From Octopus vulgaris (Eukaryota): a DNA stretch of 64,000 nt. The position numbers were made by a program, and so were the translations under genes. Positions 17,453 through 31,039 of the stretch are shown here, one piece after another (the stretch's first letter is position 1; each line of letters starts with the position of its first letter). The notes beneath the pieces were generated by a model. That model saw only the letters and a list, made by a program, of their open reading frames with translations, was not told where the DNA came from and searched no databases. Location of the stretch: positions 16,306,001-16,370,000 of the forward strand of contig OX597840.1 in assembly GCA_951406725.2 (NCBI GenBank), read 5' to 3'.

Positions 17453-17721
17453 ATCAATCGACTTTTGATGGTGACATTTGGAACATGTCTTCTGTGCCAC
17501 CCAGCTTCATTGAAGAACATATCAATTGCTGCAAACGCTTCCATGGCTGGCAGCAGTCAGCAATTCAAAGAAATTTGTCCCTGTTCAAAGAAATTCCTGA
17601 ATGTTATCGATATAAACGACTTGATGTTCTACGAGACCGTTGTTTCAGGGAATACAAGTCACGCTACAAGATCTCCCCACTCCAGAATGGTTCCACAGTG
17701 GTCAATGCTCATGATAAATAT
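17453..17721 (+). CDS. CMTR2: CMTR2 exon C
   Basis: atatcag|AT CAA...TAT|gtatgt; 269 nt, phase 1/0 fits exon B; ...VPPSFIEEHINCCKRFHGWQQSAIQRNLSLF... CMTR2-like. Confidence 0.88.
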
Positions 17722-18985
17722 GTATGTGTATATTAATATTTCAAACTTTCTATTGTTGTTGCTACCATTATCCTTGCAGACTCTGTCATCGACATTGTTG
17801 AGTCATAAATAATTTTCGTTTTTTGGAAGTAAATTGTAACAATGCATTTCAAACTACGGATATTTGAAATTGAAATGGAGACTACCTTTTTTTAAAAGAG
17901 TTTTATCTTCCATTCATATTTAACCTTTTAACATTTAAACTGTCCATATCTGGCCTATATATTCTACCAGTTTTGTGTTCAAACTGGCCAGATCCAGCCT
18001 CTCACACCTACCTTATAATGTAATTCAAAAAATAAAGTCACACCACCGAAATCCCAAAACTGTGAGATAATGCTTGATTAATTCAAAACAATGTGAATAC
18101 ATAAGCATTACATTTGACAGAGTAATTTGAATACTAAAGGGCTCTGCCAGGCCTTCTCACCCTTGTTTAATATCAAATTTTACTCTCCTAAAATGAATGA
18201 ACTGAAAGTGCATATTCAACACGTGATGTTGTTGGAGTTTAAGAATGGAAAAAAATGCCACAGAAACAGCTAAGAAAATACGCAGTGTTTATGGTTGGCA
18301 AGTGCGAAATTGTTTCTCAAAGTTTTGTTCTGGAGATTTGAAACAAGTAAAAGATAAAAGATCGTCATTAGCATCTATAATGATTTCATTTAGGGGTCCT
18401 CTGTGATATGAGTTGTATTTCAAGAGATTCCCAAGATTGTGGAACACTGATGTACTGACTCTCTCTCTGATCTGAGTGAGGGACAGATCCTTTGGAATCT
18501 TACAGGCTACAAAAAGAAAAAAACATAAGCCATACCTGATATAAAGTTACACCTCACTCTCTCAAAAATATGTATCAAAGACAAGCACAACAAACGAAGG
18601 AAGAGCCTACTTTTTTCTGCATGGTTCTGGGTTCAGTCCCACTGCATGGCACCTTGGGAAGTATTTTTCAGTATAACCAAAGCCTTATGAGTGGATTTGG
18701 TAGATGGAATCTGAAAGAAGCTTTTCGTGTGTGTGTGTTGATGTCTTTTTTTTTTTGACATTGCATAATTGTTGTAAACAAGTATCGCTGTTATGCACAT
18801 AGTGTCTTTTGTTTCCAATTTTCTGTGGAAATACGATGGTGAAGGTTGGTGCCAGGGAGAGCATCCGGCCATAGCAAACCTGCCTCAACAAATTCCATCC
18901 AGCCCATGCAAGTATGGAGAAGTGGACAATAAATGATGATAATAATGATGATGGTTAGTAATTTTCATTTTTTTTTTCCTTTCAG

Positions 18986-19141
18986 GTCTATGGCAAGACA
19001 TTTCAGTCGATCAACTTCCAGTACAAACACGAGGGGTCTTTTGCCGAGAGAATGGATAACCTGAATCTGTCATGGCGAGACAGATTAAAGTTGATCGATG
19101 TTTCAAAGTATAAGCCTACCAATGACTGTGCTTACGTGATG
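18986..19141 (+). CDS. CMTR2: CMTR2 exon D
   Basis: polypyrimidine ttcag|GTC...ATG|gtaagt; 156 nt open, phase 0/0; VYGKTFQSINFQYKHEGSFAERMDNLNLSWRDR... Confidence 0.82.
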
Positions 19142-19410
19142 GTAAGTCTGCTCTTGAGAAAAATTCCTTGAGATGTATCCTTCCATAGTTGTATCATGTT
19201 ATCATACAGATTCCTTTCTTTCTCTATTACTTGTTCCAGTCATTCGACTGCAGCCATGCTGGAGTACCGCCTTTAGTCGAGCAAATTAACCCCAGGACTT
19301 ATTCTTTGGAAGCCTAGTACTTATTCTATCAGTCTCTGTTGCAGAACCGCTAAGTTACGGGGACGTAAACACACCAGCATCGGTTGTCAAACAGTGTTGG
19401 GAGGATAAAC

Positions 19411-19494
<84 letters not shown>

Positions 19495-19510
19495 GTATAT
19501 GTATATATAT

Positions 19511-21137
19511 ACCCTTTCACCACTATCCACACTGCCCTTGCCAGAGCACGTTCCGTAGACCGTGCATCTGCTCTCTCCCCCCAAACCCGCTCTGTAGTCT
19601 CCCGCCTCCCTTTTCCCCTCACCACCCCACGACCCTACCTCTCCAATGCACCATTCTTCGAGCTTTCCGGCATCTCCAGTCTGACCCGTCCACTTCACAC
19701 CTCTTCCCTAACCGACCCCTCCCCTCCTTCAAACGAGCCCATAACCTACGAGACCTTTTGGTCCACAGCTCCTACTCTGACCCTACCTCCCAACCTGGCT
19801 CGTTCCCCTGCTCCCGCCCACGTTGCCACACTTGCCCTTACCTCTCCAACACCACCCTCCTCACTGGCACCCATCATCGACCCTATCGCATCATCAACTC
19901 CTTTACCTGCACCTCCAGCAATATCATCTATTGCATCTCTTGCTCTCTCTGCCATTCCCTGTACATCGGACAAACGAGACGCCGCTTGGCTGACCAGTTT
20001 GTGGAACACCTCTGTGACATCCGCCTTGCCAACGACACACTGGTCTCACGCCATTTCCGCTCCACCGGTCACTCCTTGCAACACCTGTCTGTGTTCGGTT
20101 TGTCCTTGCACAGAGGCCATCCGGATTCCTGTTTGCGCCGTGAACAGGGATTAATCTTCTCTCTTCGCTCTTTTACGCCATTTGGTCTCAACTCTTCCCC
20201 CCCCTCCTCATCTAACCTCCCCCTCCTCCTACTTCTCTTCAGTCCTTCATCTTTTCACCCCTACTCTCTTTCCCTCCTCTTCTTTCCTCTTTCTTCTTCC
20301 CTCTTCCCCTTCTCTCTTTCTCTCTGCTCCCTCACTCCCATTCTCTCCCCCCCCTCTCCCCCTCTATCCCCCTCCTCCCTCCTTTCCCCTCCCCCTCCTC
20401 TTCTCCCCCTCCCCCTCCTCTTCTCTTTCATTCCCTCCCCCTCTCCCCCTCCTTCCTCCACCATCGTCTTTAATTCCATCCCCCCTCTCACCCCCTCATC
20501 TCATCTCACCCTCACCCCCTCCTTCTTTCCTTCTCCCCCCTCCCTCATCTCCCCCTCCTCACTCTCACCTTTTCTCTTCTCCCTCCTCCCTCCTCTTCTC
20601 TTTCCTCCTTCCCCCTCATCCTCTCCCCCCCTCCTCTTCTCCTCTTTCCTTCTTCCCCCTCCCCCTCATCTCCTCTCTCTACACTACACCATACGACATT
20701 ACACATCACATCATACATACACACGTCCAGACCTTTCATACGCACTACACCATACGACATTACACATCACATCATACATACATACACACGTCCAGACCTT
20801 CCATACGCACTACATACTCTCTCATACTCACACGCACCCTTATGTTAGGGCGAAGTTATTTGACCCTGTTATCTCCCCTACTTTCGCTCTCACGTCTGAT
20901 CTCTGACTTCTGGCCGGAATCAGATCGCCATGTTGAATCGCTAGCTTCTGCATGCATTTTTTTCTCTCCTTCTTTCTGTGTTTTTTCCTCTCTGTGTATC
21001 TTTCTGTTGAAGAGCGTAGGCTCGAAATGTAAAAGACTTGTTTTATTTATATTCCTGAGCGCCATACTAATACAATTGTTTGTTTGTTCTCCACCTGCCT
21101 TCGTCTTTTGTTTATTTTCATAAAGCTTCCCGTTATA
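19511..21137 (+). mobile_element. 5'-truncated Penelope-like element (Neptune-type GIY-YIG endonuclease, pyrimidine-rich 3' UTR)
   Basis: FKRAHNLRDLLVHS..PCSRPRCHTC..TCTSSNIIYCISCSLCHSLYIGQT..RL..EH..VSRHF..H..REQ..I..L..P.GLN; inserted in TA run. Confidence 0.92.
20999..21036 (+). ncRNA. Minimal hammerhead-like motif with A6U core variant
   Basis: TCTTT-CTGTTGA-A-GAGC(gtag)GCTC-GAAA-TG-TA-AAAGA. Confidence 0.55.
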
Positions 21138-21169
21138 TATATATACGTACATATATTTATACATATCAC

Positions 21170-21222
<53 letters not shown>

Positions 21223-21233
21223 TATACATATAC

Positions 21234-21288
<55 letters not shown>

Positions 21289-21623
21289 TATACATATACA
21301 TACATACATATATATGAACTTTCTGGCCTTGTGCCAAAATTAGAAACCAATATTAATCCTCTGTACTTGTCAGTGATTCTGAAATAATGAACAAAATGGA
21401 ATCAAATTGTCAGGATATTTAGAAGTGTTAGGATACCTTTGATTGAGTACATATTGGCCATATTGTCAATAGTGTTCCTTCTTTTTGAGTGATATCAGAT
21501 TGTGTAAATGGCCTGAAGTTGTACATGCACACATACACATATGCTCACACAACACATAGATCCTATATACATTTCTATGGCATCATAATATATAAATATA
21601 TACACAAACATATACACACATAT

Positions 21624-21832
21624 ATAACGGGAAGCTTTATGAAAATAAACAAAAGACGAAGGCAGGTGGAAAACAAACGAACAATTGTATTAGTATGGCG
21701 CTCAGGAAATATAAATAAAACAAGTCTTTAACGTTTCGAGCCTACGCTCTTCAACAGAAAGATACACAGAGAGAGAAAAACACAGAAAGAAGGAGAGAAA
21801 AAAATGCGTGCAGTAGCTAACGAATCAACATG
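21624..21832 (-). mobile_element. Inverted copy of the Neptune element tail, with hammerhead-like motif at 21725-21762
   Basis: Reverse complement of 20929-21137; motif reads TCTTT-CTGTTGA-A-GAGC(gtag)GCTC-GAAA-CG-TT-AAAGA. Confidence 0.8.
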
Positions 21833-21872
<40 letters not shown>

Positions 21873-22089
21873 ATATATGTTTGTGTGTCTGTGTTTGTCT
21901 CCCCCAACATCGCTTGACAACTGATGCTGGTTTGTTTACATCCCTGTAACTTAGTGGTTCGGCAAAAGAGACCAATAGAATAAGTACTAGGCTTCCAAAG
22001 AATAAGTTCTGGGGTTGATTTGCTCAACTAAAGGCGATGCTCCAGCAAAAGAGTGAGTGAGAATGAGTACCCACATACACACACACACA

Positions 22090-22725
22090 CAAGGTGAGGT
22101 AAATAAATTGTCGTCTAAATTACACAAAAATGAAAATAACACTGACATCTCATTTTAACAGAGATATTTACCAAAATTTCATGAAAATATTTTGAAATAT
22201 TAAAGAGTAAATTCATTCAATAAAATAATTAAATTGCCTTTGGCTTCAACCACAGCCTCCAGATGACTTCAGAATCTCCTGCAACTTTTCTGGATGGTCT
22301 CCTTGTTTAAGTTGGTGAATGCTGCCATCATCCTTGCTTTCAGTTCATCTTTGGTGTTACAAGAAGTTTTGTTGGTCTCTCGTTCAACTGTACCTCACAC
22401 ATAATAATCAAGAGGGTTGCAGTCTGGGGAGTTAGATGGCCAGATGTTAGGGATGATGTGGTCGCAGAAATCGGTACATGTCCTCAGATTGACACCCAAA
22501 CACTCTGAAATGTTCGTATTGGAGCTTCTAGTTTGAATGCCAAGTAGTACAGCATATTGTGTGCAGATTTCTGGCAAAGTGAATTGCATCTTGGTGCTGT
22601 TTTTATCACAGACGGTGCCCAACTGACCCTGCTATGCTGTGTAGCTGATAAAATCCAAAAGAAACAATGTGCATATGTGAAATTAAAAATATAAAATGAT
22701 AACAATTTACACATCGCATCCTGCA
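22090..22725 (-). mobile_element. Deleted Tc1/maT-like DNA transposon
   Basis: WPSNSPDCNPLDYYV motif; homologous to 42869-43708. Confidence 0.8.
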
Positions 22726-22967
22726 CCCCCCCCCCTTATACACATACACATGTTCACACAACATATACATCGTATATACATGTATGTATGTGTGTGTGGG
22801 TATGTATATATATATAAAATATATATATATATCATGATGATTCAACTACTCTATCTGCCTTTCTCCATTCTATCATAAACACCCCTGTAACCTTTATTGG
22901 ACCATGTCAATGTAATATATCATTATGAATGACAACACACACACTTCTATTGACTTTAAAATATATA

Positions 22968-23820
22968 TCAGGTCGTCCCATAAGTTCTGTCCGATTTTAC
23001 CTATTTATAAATTGAATGAAATTTAATAGTATTTTAGAATTTCTAATGGAATTAAAAATTATTTTTATGCATTTGTGTACATTTAAACTAATTAAATATT
23101 ATTTTACAGAATAATAGAATTAAAATTTCTTTGATTAAAACCCTTCCTAACATGGATGTATCCAAAGAGCATTTGAGGCATATAATGCTTTATGAGTACA
23201 AAAAAGGAAACTCTGCAGCCGAAGTGACTTGAAACATTCACTCAGTTTATGGGAAAGAATGCTTGAATGAAAGAACTTGCAGAAGATGGTTTGCAAAATT
23301 CAGAAGTGGAGATTTCAACCTTGAAGATGAAGATCGAACAGGATGTCCAGTTGAGTTTGATGATAAGCTCCTTGAGGCACTACTTGAAGAAAATCCTGTA
23401 TTATCAGTTGAAGAATTAGCAATAAAGCTTAGTTCAAACCATGCAACTGTTCATCATCATCCTCTACAACTTGGAAAGGTTCCTAAACTTGGAAAATGGG
23501 TGTCTCATGAATTGTCCAAAAGCAACCGCAAATCCCGAGTTGACACCTGCTCTTCTCTCCATTCTTGTGAACTCATTTCACCCTTTTTGGATAGACTTGT
23601 GACTGGTGACGAAAAATGGATCTTCTATCGAAATGTTAAACGTCGTAAACAGTGACTTGGTAAAGAGGAAAAGGCTCAACCACAATTGAGAAGGGAACTT
23701 CATGAGAAAAAGGTTCTTCTCTCTATCTGGTGGGATTGCAAAGGAGTAATTCACTTTGAAACCAAAAGAGTTTTACAGTGATGGGATTAAAAAGCTTATA
23801 AATAGATGGAAGGAAAAAAC
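22968..23820 (+). mobile_element. mariner transposon remnant
   Basis: TA|TCAGGTCGTCCCATAAG left end; EHLRHIMLYEYKKG, WFAKFRSGDF, WVSHEL, TGDEKW motifs; stops and deletion. Confidence 0.88.
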
Positions 23821-23880
23821 ATTTAATCACTTGTTTTCTTTATATTTGTTTATTAATGTTTGTTTTTAATTCCTTTCCAG

Positions 23881-24018
23881 AAAGATGCCAGCCGTAAACG
23901 TCTCGCAAAGAATAACCTCAAATTCCTGTCTGGCAAGCCGCTGTCTGTTATCCGCAACTCTCGGTTGTGTAACCCAAAGTTGATTGAGCTTCTCAATGGT
24001 ATCTTGGACAATTGTGAT
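23881..24018 (+). CDS. CMTR2: CMTR2 exon E
   Basis: tttccag|AAA...GAT|gtatgt; 138 nt, phase 0/0; GKPLSVIRNSRLCNPKLIELLN resembles the CMTR2 linker motif. Confidence 0.82.
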
Positions 24019-26135
24019 GTATGTTTTATTAATTATACTATTAACAGGAGCAAGACCCAAGGGAGGGAGGGGGAGCTGAGGGACACATGCCCCACTCAAG
24101 AAAAGAAGTGCACCCTTCTGAATAATGTTATTACACCCTTTTCTCCTGGAATTGAATTTGTGCCCTCCCTTTGAAAAATTCCTGGGATTGCGCCTGATTA
24201 GATATGTTAAGATGGTGAGCAGGCAGAATCCTTAGCACTTTGGCTAAAATGCTTAGCAGCATTTCAACTGTCTTTACATTTTGAGTTCAAATCCCACTAA
24301 GGTCAATTTTATCTTTCATCCTTTCAGGGTCAGTATAATAGACTTAGTCCTTCCTCTGAAATTTCTGGCCTTGTGCCAAAATTCGGAACTTTGCTTTATG
24401 GAATTTCATCCATCTTTATGCTCTGAGTTCAAATTCTGCTGAGGTTGACTTTATCTTTTAATCTTTCAGTGTCAGTGTAATTGACTTAGTTGCTTCCCCT
24501 GAGATTGCTGGCCTTGTGCCAAAATCTGAGACCTATGTTATTACATTTTTTGTGACATAGGTGATCCAAAGCTATGTAATACCCAGCAACTATATATGTT
24601 TTATAACATGATATGTAATGTGATCTTTAGGAATGAAGAATTTCCATTATTATAGAATACTAGACTACCTGTGACCCATTGGGTCACTGACGGTTCAGGT
24701 TATAAAACATTGAAGCTGATTTCAACATTGCACTGAAATGAAATTGATTGTTTATACCATCTATTAGAAATGGAACTTCTGGGATAAACTTGAACTCCAG
24801 TAACAGCATTTATTTATGACATATGTGCACAGTTACTACAAAAATTCAAAAGGAATTGTTATATAATGTAAACATAAAATTAATGGAAACAATTTTTACA
24901 GTATTATATATTCCTTTTTCAAGGTTATGTTACTTTTTAAGTATTTTCCCATTATGCGCTATTTTGGCTAGTTATGAAGGTACCCCCCAAAAACTGTGTA
25001 TCTCAGGAATCCGTGGTCTGATTTATGTAAAACTTTTTTTTATTCCATTTGTATTCACATTTCAAGAGAACCTTACTTTCAGAATATTTTCCCATTATGC
25101 GCCACTTTGGCTGTATTAAATTTCTGACAAGCAAGTTTTAGTAGTATATAGATAAGGCAGCAAGCTGGCAGAATTATTAGCATTTCAGACAAAATGCTTA
25201 GCAGCTTGTCTTTCAGTTCTTTACATTCTGAGTTCAAATACCACGAAGGTTGACTTTACCTTTTATGCTTTTGGGGGTCGATAAAGTGAATACCGTTTGA
25301 GCACTGGGGTTGATGAAGTTAACTTCCCCATCTCATTAAAATTGTTGGCCTTTTGCCAAAATTACAAAGAATTTTTACAGAATATGTCAATGTAGTAGGG
25401 TTATTTTTGTTTTGTTGTTGTTGTCATTGTTAGCCCCAACTGAACGTGGCCAATGCCAGTACGCCCAGACTTGGCTCCTGTGCCTGTAGCATGTAAAAGG
25501 CACTATCTGAATATGGTCGATGCCAGGCCTGCCTGACTGGCTCCTAAAAAGCACCCACTACACACTTGAAGTGGTTGGCGTTAGGAAGGGAATCCAGCTG
25601 CAGAAACCTTGCCAGATCAGATTGGAACCTGGTACAGCCTACTAGCTTGCCAGTCCTCAGTCAAAGCATCCAACCCATGCCAGCATGGGAAACGGACATT
25701 AATCAATTATGCTGAAAGCACATGGCTTAGTAGTTAGGGTTCTTGGTTCACAGTCACGAGGCAATGAGTTTGATTCTTGGTGGAGCATTTGGGTTCTTGA
25801 GCAACACACTTTATTTCACGTTGCCCCTGTCCACTCAGCTGGCAAAAGTGAGTTGTCATTTGAAGGGCCGACCAGCCTTGTCACTCTGAATCTCTCTGAG
25901 AACTACATTAAGGGTACATGTGTCTATGGAACCCTGATCTTCGTAAACGACAAAGTATCTGTTTATTTATTTGTATTTCATGGTTTAAAAAAAAGGGCGG
26001 GAAGTGAATGTAAGAATAAGGAACACAGCTGTGGAATGGTTGAGAGGAGGTGGAAAGTCAAGGTTCATGACCTGTGGAGGTCATGGGAAGGAGGAGTTTG
26101 ATGAGGAAGTTGATATTTAAACATGAACATCTTAA

Positions 26136-26797
26136 GTGTAGGAGTGGCTGTGTGGCAAGTAGCTTGCTTACGAACCACATGGTTCCAGGTGCAGTCCCAC
26201 TGCGTGGAACCTTGGGCAAGTGTGTTCTACTATAGCCTCGGGCCGACCAAAGCCTTTTGAGTGGATTTAGTAGATGGAAACTGAAAGAAGCCCGTCGTAT
26301 ATATGTATATATATATATGTATATGTGTATGTTTGTGTGTCTGTGTTTGTCCCCCCAACATCGCTTGACAACCGATGCTGGTGTGTTTACGTCCCCATGA
26401 CTCAGTGGTTTGGAAAAAGAAACCGATAGAATAAGTACTAGGCTTACAAAGAATAAGTCCTAAGGTCGATTTGCTTGACTAAAGGTAATGCTCCAGCATG
26501 GCCACAGTCCAATGACTGAAACAAGTAAAGAGAGTAATATCTAAAGCAGTGGTCTTCAACTATTTTTACCTGTAAACCCCTTTCGTTTCTCTTTTACATG
26601 GGCAGAGCCCCATAACTAATAGATGTTTAAAAATTCTTATCAGGATTGGCTGTGTGGGAAGAATCTTGCTTCCCAACCACATGGTTCCAGGTTCAGATCC
26701 ACTCCATATCACCTTGGGTGAATGTCTTCTACAATAGCCTTGGGCCAACCAAAGCCTTGTGAGTGGATTTTGTAGACGGAAACTGAAAGAAGCCTGT

Positions 26798-26845
<48 letters not shown>

Positions 26846-27070
26846 CATGTATGTGTGTCTGTATTTGTCACCCCACCATCGCCTCATAACTGGCGTTAGT
26901 GTATTTGTGTCCCAGTAACCTAGCAGTTCAGCAAGAGAGACCGATAGAATAAGTAAGTACTAGGCTTACAAAGAATAAGCCCTGGGGTCGATTTGTTTGA
27001 CTAGAACCCTTCAAGGCATTGCTCCAGCATTGCCGCAGTCAAATGACTGAAACAAGTAAAAGAATAAAAG
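26136..27070 (+). mobile_element. Two tandem tRNA-derived SINEs with internal microsatellite (representative; many more copies, e.g. 37641-38010, 27480-27900, 29660-30040)
   Basis: A-box-like TGGCTGTGTGG, B-box-like GGTTCAG(T/A)TCC, shared body ccttgggcaag...gaaactgaaagaagcc and tail gactgaaacaagtaaaag. Confidence 0.8.
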
Positions 27071-28199
27071 AATATTTTCGTAATTGAACATCATTAGGAA
27101 TTGTAAAGTGGCAAGCTAGCAAAATGCTTAGCAGCATTCCATCCGCCCTTATGTTCTGAGTTCAAATTCCACCAAGGTCGAATTTGCCTTTGCATAAAGA
27201 ATTGTTAAAATATTTTTTGTATTGTAGAAGTATAACCGATTCGTTACACATAAATTTTAACACAGACATCTTATATGGATGCACCCCACCTCAAACAAAT
27301 GACATGTGGTCCCTGGTCAAGAACTGCTGATCAAGATGAATGTATCTGTAGATAAGGAATTTTGTGGGATGCAGCTCTGGAGGGATGGCCACAGAATTTA
27401 ATGTTGGGTAGTTGGGTGGGTTGAGAGTTATATTCCTCTAATTTCTAGTCATCAGTGTGTATTGAAATATCTCGTTCGTCTTTAATCTTTTTATTTGTTT
27501 CTGTCATTAGACTGTGGCCATGCTGGGGCACTGCCTTGTGGAATTTTAGTCAAACTAATTGACCCCAGTACTTCTTTTCTTTCTTTTTTCTTTTCTTTCT
27601 TTTTTCTTTTTTTGAAACCTGGTACTATTATTCTGTTGGTCTTTTTTACTGAACCACTAAATTACTGGTATGTAAACACACCAACACTGGTTGGCAAGTG
27701 GTGGTGGGGGACAAACAGACTCAAAGGCACACACACATTTATACGATGAGCTTCTTTCAGTTTCTGTCTACCAAGTCCATTCACAAGGCTTTGGTTGGCT
27801 ACAGTAGAAAACACTTGCCCAAGGCACCACATGGTGAGACTGAACCTGGAACCATGTGGTTAGGAAGCTAGCTTTTTGCCACACAGCCATGCCTGCATTT
27901 GTACAATTTTATTTTTCTGTGTCAGGAGTAGGTGTGTCCTGAATGTATAATTAGCACAAATGTATTATTAGCATAATTAGTAAGTTATCAGTTGGTTAAT
28001 TAATTATCTTAGGCAACTAGACTTTTGTACAGACATTAATTTCTTTAGTGTATTGGTTACAAAATGTGTGCCTATGTGCATATTTGCACGTATGCACACA
28101 GCTTAAAAGGAACATTGTTTGGGCATGAGAGACAAAATAAGGATAAAGAAAGAGGAAGTGGTAGATTAATGGATGGAATAATTCACTGTGTGGAGAATA

Positions 28200-29637
28200 C
28201 GTGGGGGTACCCAGAAGTAACTGGAAATGTTTTCTGGGATAAACCCATTGTATTGGGTTGTCTGGAAAGTTCGTGCCGATTTTTAAAGGAAGGAAAAAGT
28301 CAATAAATACTTACCATTGCATTTTTAATCAACCAAATATGAACCATTTTGTTGCCCAATGCATCCCCATCTTTCCTTTAACTTGAAAATACCCTCTTCC
28401 CAGAATTGAGGTGGTTTTATGGCAAAGAATTCATCCAGGTATCTTTTTACGTCATCCATGGAATTGAAATTTTTACCATTAAGACTATTCTGCAAAGATC
28501 TGAATAAGTGGAAATCCGAAGGAGCAATATCTGGTGAATATGAAGGGTGGGGTAACACATCCCAGCCAAGCTGCAGCAATTTTTGTCTGGTTCCCAAAGC
28601 ATCAAGTGCCGAAAATGAACTTTCTTATCTTCCATTTTAAAGGGTTACAGAATTAACACAGGTTATAGGAACATAAATCTTCTTCCACGAAAAGATAGCT
28701 TAAACTGTGCTCTGAATGGAGGTGTAGTCAAATCCTATCTTATGGACTTGACCATGTTCTAAAATAAGTTGAAAGGTAAGCTACTATAAATTGGCATGAA
28801 CTTTCCGGACAACCCAATAGTTCAAACTTCTGCCACTAGAATCAACTTGATGTGACCCTCAGGCATCAGTCTCCTGAGTGGTGGCGTCTGTTCATGTCAT
28901 ACTGCCATGTGATGCATTTTTGTTTTGCAGTGCTTCTCCCCTGTTCATTGATTTTTGTGATGGCTGAAACGAAGGAACAGCATGCTTCTATGAATTTCTG
29001 TTTTCTACTTGGTTGCCGAAACAGTTTTCATGTCAAACAGCTTACAAGGATGCTACCATGAGTAAAACACAAGTTTACAAGTGGTTTCCACACTTCAGGA
29101 ATGGTCCCTTTTCGCTAGAAGACCAATCTTGTTCAGGACGATCGTCAATCTCCAGAACAAATGAAAACATGAAAATTCATAAACTGATCTTGGAGGACCG
29201 TCATCAAACAATTGATAAACTTGTTGAAATGACAGGTGTGTCCTGGAGCTCTTGCCAACAAATTTGAATGAGGAATTGCAAACAAAAAGAGTTGCAGCAA
29301 AATTTGTGCCTTGCTCATGGAAGATGAAAAGCAGTCACGACTGAATGCATGTCGTTAACGGAAAGAACAGTTGGAAGTTGATCTGGACCTTTCTTCAAAG
29401 GTCATGACTAGTGATGAAAGGTGGTGCTATGGAATTTGCAGATGTGGAAAAGAGGTGAAAAAAAATGATGGAGGCGTTAAAAGGAAAAACACTTTACAAA
29501 AGTTCCAGCACTGCTTTGAATAGTGGAAAATGCACCTGGGTCAATGCACTGCTTCAAATGGAGAATACTTTGAAGTGTAAACATGTAAAAGTAAATAAAA
29601 TATTGCAAAATTCCGGTTTCTTTTGGGTACCCCCTCG
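28200..29637 (+). mobile_element. Degenerate mariner (irritans-like), host of a nested insertion
   Basis: TA|CGTGGGGGTACCCAGAAG ... TTTTGGGTACCCCCTCG|TA TIRs; AYKDATMSKTQVYKWF HTH remnant. Confidence 0.82.
28253..28817 (-). mobile_element. Internally deleted mariner (~565 bp) with TA TSD
   Basis: TTGGGTTGTCTGGAAAG / CTTTCCGGACAACCCAA TIRs; HPSYSPDIAPSDFHLF motif. Confidence 0.92.
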
Positions 29638-30105
29638 TATATGTAACTTTTTTGTTTGTTTCAGTTATTTAACTGTGGCCATGCTGGAGCATTGGCTTTT
29701 TAAGGGTTTTAATTGAACAAATTTACCCTCCCCCCAATAGGACATTTTTTTTAAAGCCTAATACTTATTCTATTTTGCTCTTTGCTGAACTACTAAGTTA
29801 TGGGGATGTAAACACACCAACATCAGTTGTCAAGCAGTAATGGAGGGAACAGATGTAAAGACACACACACACCCATATGACGGGCTTCTTTCAGTTTCCG
29901 TCTGCCAAATCCACTCACAAGGCTTTGGTCAGCTCAGGGATATAGTAGAAGACACCTGCCCAAGGTGCCACGCAGTGGGACTGAACCTGGAACCATATGG
30001 TCGGGAAGCAAGCTTCTTACCACACAGCCATGCCTCCACCTATTTAATTTTTTTTTATATTTAAATTATTTGTTTATTATATTTTTTTTTATTTTTTCCA
30101 CTCAG

Positions 30106-30246
30106 CTAACCAACACCAATGGTGACTTTGACCAGGAAGTCATTGCTGACCTGTCCACTACAATGCAACAACTATTCACTGGTCACTGTTCCAATATCTG
30201 CTGCCTGGCAGAGGATTTTGATTTCTTCAGCAAATTACAGATACAG
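30106..30246 (+). CDS. CMTR2: CMTR2 exon F
   Basis: long T tract ctcag|CTA...CAG|gtgagt; 141 nt open, phase 0/0; supported by splice signals and frame, weak by homology. Confidence 0.75.
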
Positions 30247-30964
30247 GTGAGTTGGGCATGGCTGTATTCTGCTATCATGGAAGTGACTAATGGGTGGAGG
30301 AGGGGAAGAGTTAGTCTGTTGAGGTGTCTGTCACAGAACTGTTTGCCATCATCACCACTGTGGTGTAAGTTGTTAAATATCACTGGCACATTGCTGTTGT
30401 ATTTTGTCATATTACTGGCAAAGAGAAGGTAAACAAATACCTAGTGGCTCTTGTTTACCTGCTAATTAAAATGAAAATAATTTCAATCAAAATTTTTTTT
30501 TTGTCTAGTATTTAGTAAACCTTTCTCTGTCGATGTTGTCCATACTTATCTCTCTCTACCTAACTTTCTATCTGTCTATCTCTCTCTTTCTGTTTTGCCC
30601 TTCATCTAGCATAAATTTGTCCCCACAAGGTTTGCAGTATTGCAAACTACAAGATGGTGTCACTAGTGCTGGCAGTAAAAAAAAATAGCAACTGGTACAC
30701 TCTATGAAGTGCTTGGCATCAGGAAAGGCATCCAGCCATAGAAATTATCCTAAAGAAAACATTGGAGCATGATGCAGTCTTTGGGCTCGTCAGATCCATT
30801 CAAAACATTTAATGTATGTCAGCACAGAAGATGAATGTTAAATTGATGATGATGATGACTTATATGTATGTGTGTATATGTATTATATAAAAGAAAAATA
30901 ATGATGCTGTTATATAAATGTATATGTATATATATATATACATAAAACTTTTGATATATTTAAT

Positions 30965-31035
<71 letters not shown>

Positions 31036-31039
<4 letters not shown>

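Noticed and set aside
20182-21123. Pro/Ser/Leu-rich 313-aa ORF
   Set aside because: Product of the polypyrimidine tract
26136-26220. tRNA gene
   Set aside because: A/B-box head of a SINE; no cloverleaf; many dispersed copies
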